A stretch of 58,512 bases of DNA from a virus (IMGVR_UViG_3300037151_000031:1-58512); one strand, 5' to 3'. Counted from the first letter of the stretch, positions 7,882-17,842 are shown. A program made the numbers and translations. Notes: a model not told the origin generated them from the sequence alone.

Positions 7882-8840
7882 GCCTCCGCAACGGTCGGGC
7901 GGTCATCGTCGTTCGGGTGGGTGTGCACCTCCCTTCGCACCCTCGGATGCTCCGCGTGCCGAAGGGGAACGTCCGGGGCGCCGCCCTCGGCGCGTGGCTG
8001 ACGGCCAACTGTTACAGCCGGCTCGAGGAGTGCGACGGCTGGTGTCCAGCCGAAGCGCTCGACGGCGTGGCGACGGCCGATACCCTGCGGCGCCTGGTTG
8101 AGGTCGGGCTCTTTGAGGTTGCCGAGCGGGACGGCGTACACGGCTACATCGTCGTCCGATACGACGAGTTCAACGAGACAAAGGCGGAGATCGACTCGAG
8201 GCTCCTGGCGGACCGCCGCAGGAAGTCCGGCAAGGCTCCGTCTGGATTCCGTCCGGAATCCGATCGGAAGGTCAATGGCGTTCCGATGTCGGTCCGGGCG
8301 CCTTCCGATGAAATTCCCCCACCCACGCGCGCGGGCGCTGGTGATGGTGATGGTGATGGTGATGGTGATGGTGATGGTGATGGTGATGGTGATGGTGATG
8401 GTGATGGTGATCTCTCTCTGGGGGTCCAGGGGGGTCCGTTGCCAGCGGAACCCGCGCTGCCCGCCGGCATCGGGTTCTTCGGCGACGAGCGTCACTGGTT
8501 CCAATCCGCCGTGCGGGAGGCAACCGGCGAGCGGGAGTACGTGGCCCCCGCTCCGGCGAGGTGCGGCGGGTTGCTGGAGATCCTGAAGGCCCACGGCGAG
8601 CCGGACCACGACGCAGCGAAGGCGTGGCTCACGTCGAGCGTCGCGGCGTTCGTGGTCGCCACGGATGCCATGCGCAAGTTCTGGCCACTGACACCCGACA
8701 AATGGGTCGCGTGGGTGGGGCTAAAGTCGCCTTCGGCGGCGCAGCTGAACGCTCAAGAAAAGCGCGGCCCCGCCAAAATACGTGTGGTCCAAGGCGGCGA
8801 CGTTCCAGAGAAATTCTGGGAAGGGAAGGATCGGTTCTGA
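7878..8840 (+). CDS. putative replication initiator with (GD)12 linker
   Basis: wHTH-like N-terminus (LRRLVEVGLF...GYIV), low-complexity linker, directly upstream of the DnaC-like ATPase. Confidence 0.6.
   Translation: MSLRNGRAVIVVRVGVHLPSHPRMLRVPKGNVRGAALGAWLTANCYSRLEECDGWCPAEALDGVATADTLRRLVEVGLFEVAERDGVHGYIVVRYDEFNETKAEIDSRLLADRRRKSGKAPSGFRPESDRKVNGVPMSVRAPSDEIPPPTRAGAGDGDGDGDGDGDGDGDGDGDGDGDLSLGVQGGPLPAEPALPAGIGFFGDERHWFQSAVREATGEREYVAPAPARCGGLLEILKAHGEPDHDAAKAWLTSSVAAFVVATDAMRKFWPLTPDKWVAWVGLKSPSAAQLNAQEKRGPAKIRVVQGGDVPEKFWEGKDRF
8340..8411 (+). repeat. perfect (GGTGAT)12 microsatellite
   Basis: 72 bp, 12 identical hexamers. Confidence 0.95.
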
Positions 8841-9544
8841 TGTCCGAAATCGCGGAGTTGCAGGAGATCATGGCCCAGTGCGCGGAGACCTGGAGCCTCC
8901 GCCAGCGGTTCACGCCGGAGGAGCAGGCCCGGCTGGACGCCGAGGCCCAAGACCGCGGGAGAGCCCAACGCTTCGCCGCTGTGGCGGCTCTAACGCCCTC
9001 GGCGCATCGATGGGCACACGCGGACGCCCCGGAGCTCGCGACGCGCGTGAAGCACCCCCACGCCCGAGCATGGGCCGAGTCCCCCCCCGGGTCGACGTTC
9101 GTGCTCATCGCGGGGACGACGGCGACGGGCAAGACGTCCCTGGCCTGCGCCGCGATGCGGACGGCGGTCATTCGGCGCCATCGGGAGGCTTCGGAGTGCG
9201 TGTTCATGAGCGCCCATCGGCTCGGGGTGTCGCGCATCCAGTCCAAGGCTGGGACCGGGGAGTCCGCTGACGTCGAGCGGGCGATGTCGTGCGGCTGGCT
9301 CCTGCTCGACGACCTTGGGAGCGAACGGGACACGGCGAACAACGCGATCCCAGACGTCATCTGGGAGCGATACGATCGCGAGCTCACGACCTGGGTCACG
9401 ACGGGGCTCACGGGCGCCGAGATCAAGGGTCGCTACGGCGCGGGCTTTCTCCGGCGCCTGCTCGATCGGTCGACGGTCGTGAAACTGCTCACGGACGAAG
9501 AGCGTGCGGAACTGGCCACGAAGCAAACGCCCACCACAGCGTGA
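8840..9544 (+). CDS. DnaC/IstB-like AAA+ helicase loader
   Basis: Walker A GTTATGKT, Walker B LLLDDLGSE, RYG..FLRRL. Confidence 0.85.
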   Translation: MSEIAELQEIMAQCAETWSLRQRFTPEEQARLDAEAQDRGRAQRFAAVAALTPSAHRWAHADAPELATRVKHPHARAWAESPPGSTFVLIAGTTATGKTSLACAAMRTAVIRRHREASECVFMSAHRLGVSRIQSKAGTGESADVERAMSCGWLLLDDLGSERDTANNAIPDVIWERYDRELTTWVTTGLTGAEIKGRYGAGFLRRLLDRSTVVKLLTDEERAELATKQTPTTA

Positions 9545-9555
9545 AAGGGACGGAG

Positions 9556-10188
9556 ATGCCGACTGCAAACATCAAAGACTTCATCGGAAGACGGATTCTG
9601 GTTTCGTCCAAGTACGGATACCTCGTCGAGGAACTGAAGGTGCTCGAAGTGTCGCCGGCGGGGACATATGTGCGGGTCATGGACGTGCACGGGAGGAAGT
9701 ACTGGCGCGGGGTCGTCGAGGTGCTTATGGTCGAAGCGCTGACGGACTTCGAGCCAAGGCCTCGGACGGTCGACGTTCCGGAGCACCGTTTCGGGTGTGG
9801 GTTGGAGGACGTGGCCAATCGCGGCATCGGCGAACCTGGACGGGACGCGGAGCTCGCGGCCGTACAGACGCAGCTCGCCGACGCGCTCAAGAGCTGCGGA
9901 GAAGCCGCCGACCTTCGGAAAGCGAAGGACGTGGAACTCGCGGCCGCGCACGAGGCGCTCGCGCAATCGCGCCTTGAGAACAAACTGTACGTCGAGGCGC
10001 GCGTCGCGAATGCCCTGATCGCGGAGCGGGACTTTCTCGCCGCGACATTTGAGCAGAGCGCGAAGATATTCGAGACGTCGTGGCGTGAGGACGGCACCCG
10101 AGAAGACGCAAAGTCCTACGACGCGTGCCTGAAAGGGATCGCGGAAGACATCCGTGCACGCATGTCGAAGACAGCGGGGCATCCGTAA
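9556..10188 (+). CDS. hypothetical protein (beta-rich N-terminus, coiled coil)
   Basis: GGAG RBS; stop overlaps the next start. Confidence 0.6.
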   Translation: MPTANIKDFIGRRILVSSKYGYLVEELKVLEVSPAGTYVRVMDVHGRKYWRGVVEVLMVEALTDFEPRPRTVDVPEHRFGCGLEDVANRGIGEPGRDAELAAVQTQLADALKSCGEAADLRKAKDVELAAAHEALAQSRLENKLYVEARVANALIAERDFLAATFEQSAKIFETSWREDGTREDAKSYDACLKGIAEDIRARMSKTAGHP

Positions 10189-10643
10189 TGCCCATTCGAC
10201 CCGAGATGGCCGCGCGGTATCCGGCCGACTGGCGCGAGATCACGGCCAAGATTCGCAAGCGCGCCGGCAACGCGTGCGAGTGTCGCGGCGAGTGCGGGCA
10301 TTCGCACGGCGTCGTGGGCCGCAGCATTGTCGTTGGAGCAAACGGGTACCTCGAGTCTTCTCCGGCGACGTGCGATGCGCCCAATGGCGCGATGGTCGTC
10401 CGCGACCGGAAGGAGCCGCAGCACTGGGCGATGTGTCTCGGCGACGGAAGTCAGCCTCGAGCCGTCAGGATTGTCCTGACCGTTGCCCATCGCGATCACA
10501 CTCCGGAGAACGTCGCGGACGACAATCTTTTCGCGGCTTGTCAGTTTTGCCATCTCGCATACGACCGCGACGAACACACCAAGAACTCCCGAGCCACGCG
10601 CGCGAAGAAGCGAGCCGTCGGCAACCTGCCAGGTATCGAATGA
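10188..10643 (+). CDS. HNH endonuclease-like protein
   Basis: YPADWREI...CEC...LTVAHRDHTPEN...NL..ACQFCH. Confidence 0.8.
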   Translation: MPIRPEMAARYPADWREITAKIRKRAGNACECRGECGHSHGVVGRSIVVGANGYLESSPATCDAPNGAMVVRDRKEPQHWAMCLGDGSQPRAVRIVLTVAHRDHTPENVADDNLFAACQFCHLAYDRDEHTKNSRATRAKKRAVGNLPGIE

Positions 10644-10924
10644 GCGTCATCCAAGATCGCGATCTCCTAACGGAGGTCCTCGAGTCCGACATCGACGACA
10701 AGCGGAAGACCATCGCCGAAGACATGCTGGCGAAGCTCGATATGTTCGATCGTCCGCTGACACCCGCACAGCGGAAGTTCGCGCAGAGCATGCTCACGGG
10801 GGAGCGCTTCGTGCCGGAGGAGAAATACGAGAACCTTGTGTCGAGCGGTCAGGTGCCACGCGGCAAGGAAGTCGAGTTGAATGTCGGGCCTCTGCCGCTC
10901 AGGCCACCGGCGAGGCGCGCGTGA
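10640..10924 (+). CDS. hypothetical protein
   Basis: Overlapping start and stop in operon. Confidence 0.55.
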   Translation: MSVIQDRDLLTEVLESDIDDKRKTIAEDMLAKLDMFDRPLTPAQRKFAQSMLTGERFVPEEKYENLVSSGQVPRGKEVELNVGPLPLRPPARRA

Positions 10925-11313
10925 CAAAGATTCGCATCGAGGGGATGTCGCTGCTGACGCCAAACGCCACGCGCTTCACAACGCGCGGAGCAGCGATGGC
11001 CCACGCTCGAGCGAAGCGCACCGTCCGAGACTGCGTACAGATGCACGTCGCGGCCGTGTGGCGGCGGCGCGCGGACGGACTCCCATGCTCGATCCTTGTC
11101 ACGAGAATTGGGCCAGGGACGCTCGACGACGACAACCTGGTCGCCAGCCTCAAGGACCCGCTCGACGGCATCGCCCTTGCGCTCGGCGTGAACGACAGAA
11201 CGTTCGTGCTTCTGGGTGACCGCGAAGGGATCCGTATCGAACCGCGGCAACGCAGCGAAGGACGAGGGCGGTACGCGCTCGAAGTCCAATTCATGTACGC
11301 AGAGGATTGCTGA
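10921..11313 (+). CDS. RusA-like Holliday junction resolvase
   Basis: LDDDNLVASLKDPLDGIA..LGVND matches D.DN..K...D. Confidence 0.7.
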   Translation: MTKIRIEGMSLLTPNATRFTTRGAAMAHARAKRTVRDCVQMHVAAVWRRRADGLPCSILVTRIGPGTLDDDNLVASLKDPLDGIALALGVNDRTFVLLGDREGIRIEPRQRSEGRGRYALEVQFMYAEDC

Positions 11314-11324
11314 AAGGACAAGTC

Positions 11325-11996
11325 ATGCTGTACGTGGTTTCCACTGGCCTCAACGCCCCGACGAAAGCGCGATGCATCCGCACCGTCGATATGCAGCAGT
11401 TTCCGAAAGACGAGTATCGCCACATCTACGTCGAGGCGGGCGAGCAGACACCGCCGCGCGGGGCGCTCGAGAACTTCGTCGACGCCGTCGCTTCCGCGAA
11501 GATGGAGCCGATGGACGTGATTATTTCTCTCGATGGAGACGACTGGTTCCCGAATGGGCTCGCGCTGAAGATCGTCTCGCTCCTGTTCGCCAACCCGAAC
11601 GTATGGATCTCGTACGGTTCGTTCATGTACGGGGACAGCCGGCCCGGCTTCGCGTCGGCGTACACGGACGAAGACTGGAAGGATCTCCGGAAGGCCGACT
11701 GGAAGGCGACGCACCTGAAGTGCTACCGCCATGGGCTCTTCGCCAAGCTCGGTGACGCCGAGTTCAAGCGCGCCGACGGCGCGTATCGCCGGCTCGCCTG
11801 GGACCAGGCGCTGATGCTCCCCATGCTCGAGATGGCCGGTCCCGAGCACTCGCGATTCTGCGAGGACATCCTGTGCGTGTACAACTTCGCGAACGCGTAC
11901 GAGTTCACCATGAATGCCGAGGGCCTCGCGGCAGAGCGTGCAGAGAGCGCGGAGATCCGAACGCTGCCGAAGCGCGAGAGGCTGGTGGCGCTGTGA
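11325..11996 (+). CDS. GT2-like (GT-A fold) glycosyltransferase
   Basis: VIISLDGDDW DxD motif; DQALMLPMLEMAG; LCVYN. Confidence 0.75.
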   Translation: MLYVVSTGLNAPTKARCIRTVDMQQFPKDEYRHIYVEAGEQTPPRGALENFVDAVASAKMEPMDVIISLDGDDWFPNGLALKIVSLLFANPNVWISYGSFMYGDSRPGFASAYTDEDWKDLRKADWKATHLKCYRHGLFAKLGDAEFKRADGAYRRLAWDQALMLPMLEMAGPEHSRFCEDILCVYNFANAYEFTMNAEGLAAERAESAEIRTLPKRERLVAL

Positions 11997-12217
11997 TTCT
12001 TGTTCACACGGCCGGAGCCAACTCGCTGTGGCTGATTGTGGCGCATATCGTCGCATTCAGCCCATCCGCGACGAAGACTGCGACGCATCCGACGAAGACT
12101 GCGACGCATCCAGGCACGGATATCCGCACCACGTGCGGATACGTGTGGGAGGTAACGGAGACCGTCGATGCAGTCGCCGAGATGATCGTCAAGGCGGCGA
12201 CAGGGAGGATGGCGTGA
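11993..12217 (+). CDS. FlbD-like small protein with 7-aa duplication
   Basis: LWL..AHIVAF...EVTETVDAV; 21-bp tandem duplication at 12070-12111. Confidence 0.5.
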   Translation: MILVHTAGANSLWLIVAHIVAFSPSATKTATHPTKTATHPGTDIRTTCGYVWEVTETVDAVAEMIVKAATGRMA

Positions 12218-12564
12218 GCGTCTTCGTTGTCCTTGACGGCAACTATCACCAGGAGCTTCCCGTGGCCGTGTGGTCGACCCTCGAGGCCGCAGAGGCACAC
12301 GTCCTCCGGCTCGACGCATCGCCAGAGAGCGTGAAGAACGGGCGGAATGCAATGATCCACGAGGTCCCGTTCAACGAAGATGCAGGGCCCATCCCGGACC
12401 TCGGCGAAGACTTACTTCTTCGACAGCTAGAGACCGTTGCACGACGGATCGCCTTTTGGGAGGCCGGCAGCAATGCCGACGCCGAGGAAATGCGCGTGAT
12501 CCTGTGTCGGATCGATCGATCGCGCGGTCATGCGTCAGGCGATGAGGGGACGCCATGCGCCTGA
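12214..12564 (+). CDS. hypothetical protein
   Basis: GGGAGG RBS; VAVWSTLEAAE. Confidence 0.55.
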   Translation: MSVFVVLDGNYHQELPVAVWSTLEAAEAHVLRLDASPESVKNGRNAMIHEVPFNEDAGPIPDLGEDLLLRQLETVARRIAFWEAGSNADAEEMRVILCRIDRSRGHASGDEGTPCA

Positions 12565-13211
12565 ATTGTCTCGGCGGTCTCTGCAATCGCCTCCGTGCGT
12601 TGCTCTCCTACCGCGCTCTCCACGGCAGCATCGAAGCCATCTGGACGCCCGAGGACATGGTCAGTCACGCGGCCTTCCTCGACGTGTTCGAGCCACTGCA
12701 CGGCGTGACCTTCGTGGACGCCAATGGTGGCTGGGACGTCCAAGCGTGGGCGCCCGCTCCAGATGCACCCAAGGGCTGGGAGCTCGGCTATGCGGAGCTG
12801 AAGCCGGTCGCTGACGTGCGGCGGCGCATCGGCTGGGGCATGCCATACGACGCGGTCCACATCCGCCGCACCGACTACCTGCCGAACATGGCGAGCCTCG
12901 GCCAGGACGTGGAGCCGATCAATGCGTTCCTCGAGTGGGCGTCGATGTCGTCGCTGCTTTACGTGGCGACCGACAACGGGACGACTCAGCGGGCCGTGAA
13001 GGAAGCGCGGCAGCGGGATGGCCTTCGCACGTTCTGGGCGACGTCTCTCGACGGCTCCGACGAGCAGGGACTCGTCGACCATCGGAGAAACGGCACTCTC
13101 GCGGACGCCGTGGTCGATCTCTACATGTGCGTCGACGGCAACAAATTCATGGGAAGCACGGGGAGCTCGTTCAGTGACACGATCAACATTCTGCGAGGGT
13201 TGAAGCGATGA
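12555..13211 (+). CDS. fucosyltransferase-like glycosyltransferase (GT11/GT23/O-FucT clan), copy 1
   Basis: GGLCNRLR, AVHIRRTD, LYVATDN, AVVDLYMC..FMGSTGSSFS GDP-sugar binding motifs. Confidence 0.8.
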   Translation: MRLNCLGGLCNRLRALLSYRALHGSIEAIWTPEDMVSHAAFLDVFEPLHGVTFVDANGGWDVQAWAPAPDAPKGWELGYAELKPVADVRRRIGWGMPYDAVHIRRTDYLPNMASLGQDVEPINAFLEWASMSSLLYVATDNGTTQRAVKEARQRDGLRTFWATSLDGSDEQGLVDHRRNGTLADAVVDLYMCVDGNKFMGSTGSSFSDTINILRGLKR

Positions 13212-14008
13212 CGAACGTTTTGGTCACATTCGGTGGAGTCGGTTACGACTGGACCGTCGAGCGCACACTCGCATTAGCGCCGTCGCGAGGCATCGATCGC
13301 GTCATGGTCTTCGATGACGTGTGGTTGGACCGTCATCCGTTTAGACAACTCAACAAGCACCTGTGGGAGACCAAGGACCAGCGTGGGTACGGATGGCATG
13401 CCTGGAAGGCGCTATTAGTATTTGAGGCGTTCAAAACGATGAGCGACGGCGACGTCTGTCTCTATGTCGACGCGGACACTTACCCCGCATCGGCTCCGTC
13501 GTTGCTCCCGCTCTTCGACTTGTGCAAGCGTGACGGGATCGTGTGTTTCGACTGCTCGGGTAGGCCGCACAATCACTGGTGCAAACGTGATTGCTACATC
13601 GTTATGGGGCAAGACGAGCCGAAGTACCACGAGAGTGCGGCTGGCTGCGCTCGGTTCGGGTTGTGGAAGAAGGGAGACTGGCGCGCGTTCCAGTTTCTTT
13701 GCGAGTTCCTGACCTATTCGGTGAACGTGTTCGCCAACACGCGAGAGAAGGATGGCGAGCGAGACGTGCCGAGCAAGCTAGGACCCGAGCTCCCCGAGTT
13801 CCAGACCGAGCGCGGCAGCGGCTATTGCGAGCATCGGACGGAGCAGGCGATCTACACGCTGCTCGCGCACAAGTACGGCATACCGTTGCAGCCCGAGGCG
13901 AGCGCGGGGAACTCGGCTGGCCAGGGGCTTTCGTATTTTGAGCAGTCTCACGAGACGCACTCCACGAATGGCGTCGGGTCCAAGTACAGAAATGTACCCA
14001 TGCCATGA
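13208..14008 (+). CDS. putative glycosyltransferase (GT-A-like)
   Basis: GYGWHAWKALL...DGDVCLYVDAD...EHRTEQAIYTLL. Confidence 0.65.
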   Translation: MTNVLVTFGGVGYDWTVERTLALAPSRGIDRVMVFDDVWLDRHPFRQLNKHLWETKDQRGYGWHAWKALLVFEAFKTMSDGDVCLYVDADTYPASAPSLLPLFDLCKRDGIVCFDCSGRPHNHWCKRDCYIVMGQDEPKYHESAAGCARFGLWKKGDWRAFQFLCEFLTYSVNVFANTREKDGERDVPSKLGPELPEFQTERGSGYCEHRTEQAIYTLLAHKYGIPLQPEASAGNSAGQGLSYFEQSHETHSTNGVGSKYRNVPMP

Positions 14009-14166
14009 AGCTCACTTACTTCATCCTTTGCCGTCAAGGCGAGCGGACGTGGTTGGTCGAGGCCTTATGGTGCGACTCGCTCGCGGATGCTGAGCGTCAA
14101 GCATCGATGCTGAATGATCGCTTTCCCGACGTTCACCATGAACCCCGTGTGGAGTTGGTTCGATGA
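14005..14166 (+). CDS. small hypothetical protein (53 aa)
   Basis: MKLTYFILCRQ...ELVR; ATGA overlaps at both ends; below the ORF-track cutoff. Confidence 0.5.
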   Translation: MKLTYFILCRQGERTWLVEALWCDSLADAERQASMLNDRFPDVHHEPRVELVR

Positions 14167-14972
14167 GGCGCCTCGTCCCCATCGGCGGTTTGTCCAATCG
14201 CCTACGGTCAATTTTGTCGGCCCGCGCCGCATGGGGCGAAGTCGAAGTCCTCTGGGCCTCGAGCGACGCTGTCAGCCACGGCAGCTTCACCGACGTGTTC
14301 GCCCCACTTGAGCGCGTGACGTTCCTACATGCTGGCGACGGCCACGCACACGAGTTGGATCTCGCGCAGTGGAAGTACGACAAGATGACCTCCAACCCGG
14401 TCGACGATGCGCCGGACGGATGGACGGAGGGGTACGCCGACCTTCGCCCGCTGCCTCACGTGCAGGCCCGCATCGACGAGCTCCGCGCCACGATGGGCGG
14501 CAGGTACGTGGCGATCCACGCGCGCAGGCTGGACCACGTCACGCACTCGGTGCCGTTCGGCCACTCCACGACGGACCAGGAGCTGCTGGATTGGCTGCAA
14601 GGCTGCACGCTGCCCGTCTACATCGCGACCGATGACCCGGTGACGCTGGAGTGGTTCAGGGCACGCATCCCGACGTCGTCGCACTGGCATCGCATGCCGG
14701 AGCGCGTGCACGGTTACGAGATCCGACCTGGCTCTCTTGCCGATGCCGTGGTCGACATGTTCGTTTGCGTGGGCGCAGTCGCGTTCATGGGCAGCTGGAT
14801 CTCCAGTTTCAGCGAGACCATCGACGTCCTCCGTTGCGGGGGAAAGCCGCCTGGCGGATTCGTCCCGCGTCTCCACATGCAGAGCGCAGACGCCGAGTGG
14901 TACCGGGGGCGCCAAGACAGAGCGGACGAGATGATCGCGACGCAACGAAGGGAGCGTGGGAAGTGTCCATGA
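14163..14972 (+). CDS. fucosyltransferase-like glycosyltransferase, copy 2
   Basis: GGLSNRLR, AIHARRLD, VYIATDD, AVVDMFVC..FMGSWISSFS; paralog of 12555-13211. Confidence 0.8.
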   Translation: MRRLVPIGGLSNRLRSILSARAAWGEVEVLWASSDAVSHGSFTDVFAPLERVTFLHAGDGHAHELDLAQWKYDKMTSNPVDDAPDGWTEGYADLRPLPHVQARIDELRATMGGRYVAIHARRLDHVTHSVPFGHSTTDQELLDWLQGCTLPVYIATDDPVTLEWFRARIPTSSHWHRMPERVHGYEIRPGSLADAVVDMFVCVGAVAFMGSWISSFSETIDVLRCGGKPPGGFVPRLHMQSADAEWYRGRQDRADEMIATQRRERGKCP

Positions 14973-15193
14973 AATTCGATCGTGAGTGGGTCGAGCGCGT
15001 GGCTGGCCGCGGCGTCGAAGCCGAAAAGGGACTTGTGGGCGACGTCGTGTTCACCCACACGATCAGCGATCCGGACGTGCTGGCTATGGGCATCACGCAG
15101 AAAGGAATCGACATCATGAAACGGGTCAAGGAAGCCGAAGCACGCGGCGACCATGAGGCAGTGGAAGCCATCTGGGCGGAGGTCGGGCTATGA
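14969..15193 (+). CDS. hypothetical protein
   Basis: ATGA overlaps. Confidence 0.5.
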   Translation: MKFDREWVERVAGRGVEAEKGLVGDVVFTHTISDPDVLAMGITQKGIDIMKRVKEAEARGDHEAVEAIWAEVGL

Positions 15194-15396
15194 GCGGACG
15201 AGATCCGGAGGCTCTATCCTGCTACTGGCCGCACGAGAAGAAGCAGAGGAAGCCGTGGCTCGTGGTGTCAGTCCAAGAGGACTTGGACTTGGACTATGAC
15301 CACTTCGATACACAGGATGAAGCGCGATCGTTCGTGGATGTCCTCGATCGCAAGGCCTGCATCGTCGGCCCTGAGTCTGTGGAGGATCACACATGA
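15190..15396 (+). CDS. hypothetical protein
   Basis: ATGA overlaps. Confidence 0.5.
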   Translation: MSGRDPEALSCYWPHEKKQRKPWLVVSVQEDLDLDYDHFDTQDEARSFVDVLDRKACIVGPESVEDHT

Positions 15397-16154
15397 TCAC
15401 CGAAGAGCGAATCAACCAGGAGCTGCAGATCTTCTTCACCAACTCGGGGTTGCCCCCCGAGCCGATCATGTCGGATCTGACGATCGCTGCGGCACGCGAC
15501 ACGATCCCGCGGATGCTCGATGTGATGCTGGCCGCAACGCGGATGTCGTCGCCCGTGGTTCCGGTGCACGACTTCTCTCACCCATCATCGGCGGAACTAG
15601 GGGCTCTCTTCCACAAGTATCGGTCCGACAAGTCGACCCATCACAACTACCACATCCTCTACGCCAGCATCCTCGGGCCGCGACGCGATGAGCAGCTCGC
15701 GTTGCTCGAGATCGGTCTCGGCACCAACAACACGGACGTCGTCAGCAACATGGGAGTCGACGCCAAGCCGGGGTCATCGCTGCGTGCCTGGCGGGACTAC
15801 CTCCCCAAGGCCAGCATCTTCGGCGCGGACGTCGACAAGCGAGTGCTCTTCACGGAAGAGCGGATCCAGACGTTCTACGTGGACCAGACGCAGCCGCACA
15901 CGTTCGACGCGATGGGCATGCCGACGCTCGACATCGTCATCGACGACGGGCTGCACTCCACGCACGCAAACTTCGCGACCCTCGCGTGGGCGCTCGGCAA
16001 GGTGCGAGTCGGCGGCTGGATCGTGATCGAAGACATTCGCCAGAGCTCGCTGCCGGCGTGGCACATGATGGCGCTGGCACTGCCTCGAGGCAGATTCCGC
16101 TCGCAAGTGGTGTCCGCCGACCACGGGTTTCTTTTTGTAGTGGAGAAGACGTAA
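15393..16154 (+). CDS. class I SAM-dependent methyltransferase, sugar O-methyltransferase-like
   Basis: SDKSTHHNY, LLEIGLG, SLRAWRDYLP, GADVD, DIVIDDGLH, IVIED. Confidence 0.8.
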   Translation: MITEERINQELQIFFTNSGLPPEPIMSDLTIAAARDTIPRMLDVMLAATRMSSPVVPVHDFSHPSSAELGALFHKYRSDKSTHHNYHILYASILGPRRDEQLALLEIGLGTNNTDVVSNMGVDAKPGSSLRAWRDYLPKASIFGADVDKRVLFTEERIQTFYVDQTQPHTFDAMGMPTLDIVIDDGLHSTHANFATLAWALGKVRVGGWIVIEDIRQSSLPAWHMMALALPRGRFRSQVVSADHGFLFVVEKT

Positions 16155-16166
16155 TCAAACCCCGCC

Positions 16167-17384
16167 CTAAAGGGCGGAGCTTTCGGAGAGAGGACGACGT
16201 GGGACACGCAATCCAATCCGTTTCCTGTTTCGCAGGGTGCCCAACTTCGGCGAGCCCTCCGCAGGCAGTCCCGAGCGATTCGCACGGGCAAGTAGAACCT
16301 TCGCAGCATTGAGGTCCGCATGGTCCGAGAAACCACACGAGGTACAAGCGAACGACGACTGCGACCGACGCGACATTGCGTTCACGGCGCCGCACTCGCT
16401 GCACGTCTGCGAGCTGTACGCGGCGGGCACCTCGACGAGCGAGCCTCCCGACCACGCGAGCTTGTAGCGGAGCATGTCCGCGAAGCGGGACCATCCCGCG
16501 TCCGCGATGCTGCGAGCGCAGCGACCTCGAGTCATTCCCGCGACGTTCAGTTTCTCCAGCACAACGACGCCGTGGCTCTTGGTGAGTTGTGCAGACTGGA
16601 CGTGCAGGAAGTGGTCGCGCTGCCGCCTCACCTTGCGGTGGATGCGGGCGACGCGAGCCTTGGCCTTCTCTCTGTTCTTGGAACCTTTCTTCCGTCGACT
16701 GACGGTGCGTTGTGCGTGAGCGAGTCTCGTGAGCGAGGCTTCGAGGTGGCGCGGGTTGGCGATCATGTCGCCGTCGGAGGTCGCGCCGAAGTTCGCGATG
16801 CCGCGGTCGATCGCGACGACGGGACCTTCGCGCAGAGTGGGCTCGGCGAGGTTCAGCTCGCAGACGATCGAGACGAACCACTGATCCCCATCGCGATTGA
16901 GGGAGCACGTCTTCGGCTTCCCTTCGAGCGGTCGGTGCATCACTGTTCGGAGCGTGCCCAGCTTGGGGAAGCGGACGTCCGAGCCGTCGACTCTCCACGC
17001 CTTCGGGTGCGGCTCGCAGAAGCCGAGAGAGTCGCGGCCCCTCCGCTTCCACCGAGGGGCGCGAGCCAACTTGGCGAAGCAGCGTTGCCATGCTCGGTCC
17101 AGCTCGACCAAGAGCTGCGAGCACACGTTGCGAGGCACATCGGCAAGCCACGGGAGCGCAGCGCGGAGTTCGGTCAGTTCGTTGATCTGGTCGAATGCCG
17201 TGGGGTAGCGGCGCTCGTCTCGGGGACGAGCAAGCCCGAGCTTCCGCTGTTCGAGTGCAATGTTCCAGAGGAAGCGCAGCGCGCTCTCCCACGCGTCGAG
17301 GCGGGCGACCTGCTCGGGCGTCGGGTAGACGCGGAAGCGAAAGGCTTTGCTCGTCCTCACCCGGCAAAGCATACTTGGTCTCAT
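16167..17384 (-). CDS. tnpB: RNA-guided endonuclease TnpB
   Basis: KAFRFRVYPT, RuvC-I AIDRG, RuvC-II VLEKL, zinc finger CSEC/CTSC, RuvC-III ADLNAA; real start may be 17372 or 17360. Confidence 0.93.
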   Translation of the reverse strand: MRPSMLCRVRTSKAFRFRVYPTPEQVARLDAWESALRFLWNIALEQRKLGLARPRDERRYPTAFDQINELTELRAALPWLADVPRNVCSQLLVELDRAWQRCFAKLARAPRWKRRGRDSLGFCEPHPKAWRVDGSDVRFPKLGTLRTVMHRPLEGKPKTCSLNRDGDQWFVSIVCELNLAEPTLREGPVVAIDRGIANFGATSDGDMIANPRHLEASLTRLAHAQRTVSRRKKGSKNREKAKARVARIHRKVRRQRDHFLHVQSAQLTKSHGVVVLEKLNVAGMTRGRCARSIADAGWSRFADMLRYKLAWSGGSLVEVPAAYSSQTCSECGAVNAMSRRSQSSFACTSCGFSDHADLNAAKVLLARANRSGLPAEGSPKLGTLRNRKRIGLRVPRRPLSESSAL

Positions 17385-17814
17385 GCCTCACGCAAGCGAC
17401 TTTCGGACGGGCAGACACGTTGTATACGCGTTGACGGTTCACTTGGTCTTCGTCACCAAGTACCGACGCAAGGCCATCACCGAGAGGGTCTTCGACGTGC
17501 TCAAGGCCTCGTGGGAGGCCACTTGCGTGCAGTTCGAGTGCGAGCTTCGGGAGGTTGGCTGGGAGCACGACCACGCCCACCTGCTCGTTGGCTTCCCGCC
17601 GAAAGTCTCGTTGTCGACGCTCGTCAACTCGCTCAAGGGCGGGTCGGCTCATCGCCTTCGGCAGCACAAGTTCCCCGAGGTCACGTCGAAGCTCTGGGGT
17701 CGACACTTCTGGAGTCCAAGCTACTGCGCAGTGTCGTGCGGGGGTGCCCCGCTCGAGATCGTCAAACGCTATGTGGAGGCGCAACGCGGAGACGGCGCTT
17801 CCTCCCCGGCTTGA
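17383..17814 (+). CDS. tnpA: IS200-type Y1 (HUH) transposase
   Basis: HLVFVTKYRR, DHAHLL (HUH), FWSPSY, VKRYVEAQ. Confidence 0.93.
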   Translation: MPHASDFRTGRHVVYALTVHLVFVTKYRRKAITERVFDVLKASWEATCVQFECELREVGWEHDHAHLLVGFPPKVSLSTLVNSLKGGSAHRLRQHKFPEVTSKLWGRHFWSPSYCAVSCGGAPLEIVKRYVEAQRGDGASSPA

Positions 17815-17842
17815 AAGCCGGGGGTTTCCGCGCCGGTGAACG

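Larger units (their letters stand above)
16151..17842 (-). mobile_element. IS200/IS605-family element (IS605-type, divergent tnpA/tnpB)
   Basis: Subterminal hairpins ccgccctaaagggcgg (~16162-16177) and ccccggcttgaaagccgggg (17804-17823); on the minus strand TTCAT precedes the left end and TTAC closes the right end. Confidence 0.9.

Noticed and set aside
7860-8609. Poly-His, (IT)n, (SP)n and (VM)n ORFs
   Set aside because: Alternative frames of the GGTGAT microsatellite; the GD frame fits the operon.
12070-12111. 21-bp tandem repeat as a regulatory element
   Set aside because: Only two in-frame copies inside a CDS; a simple duplication.
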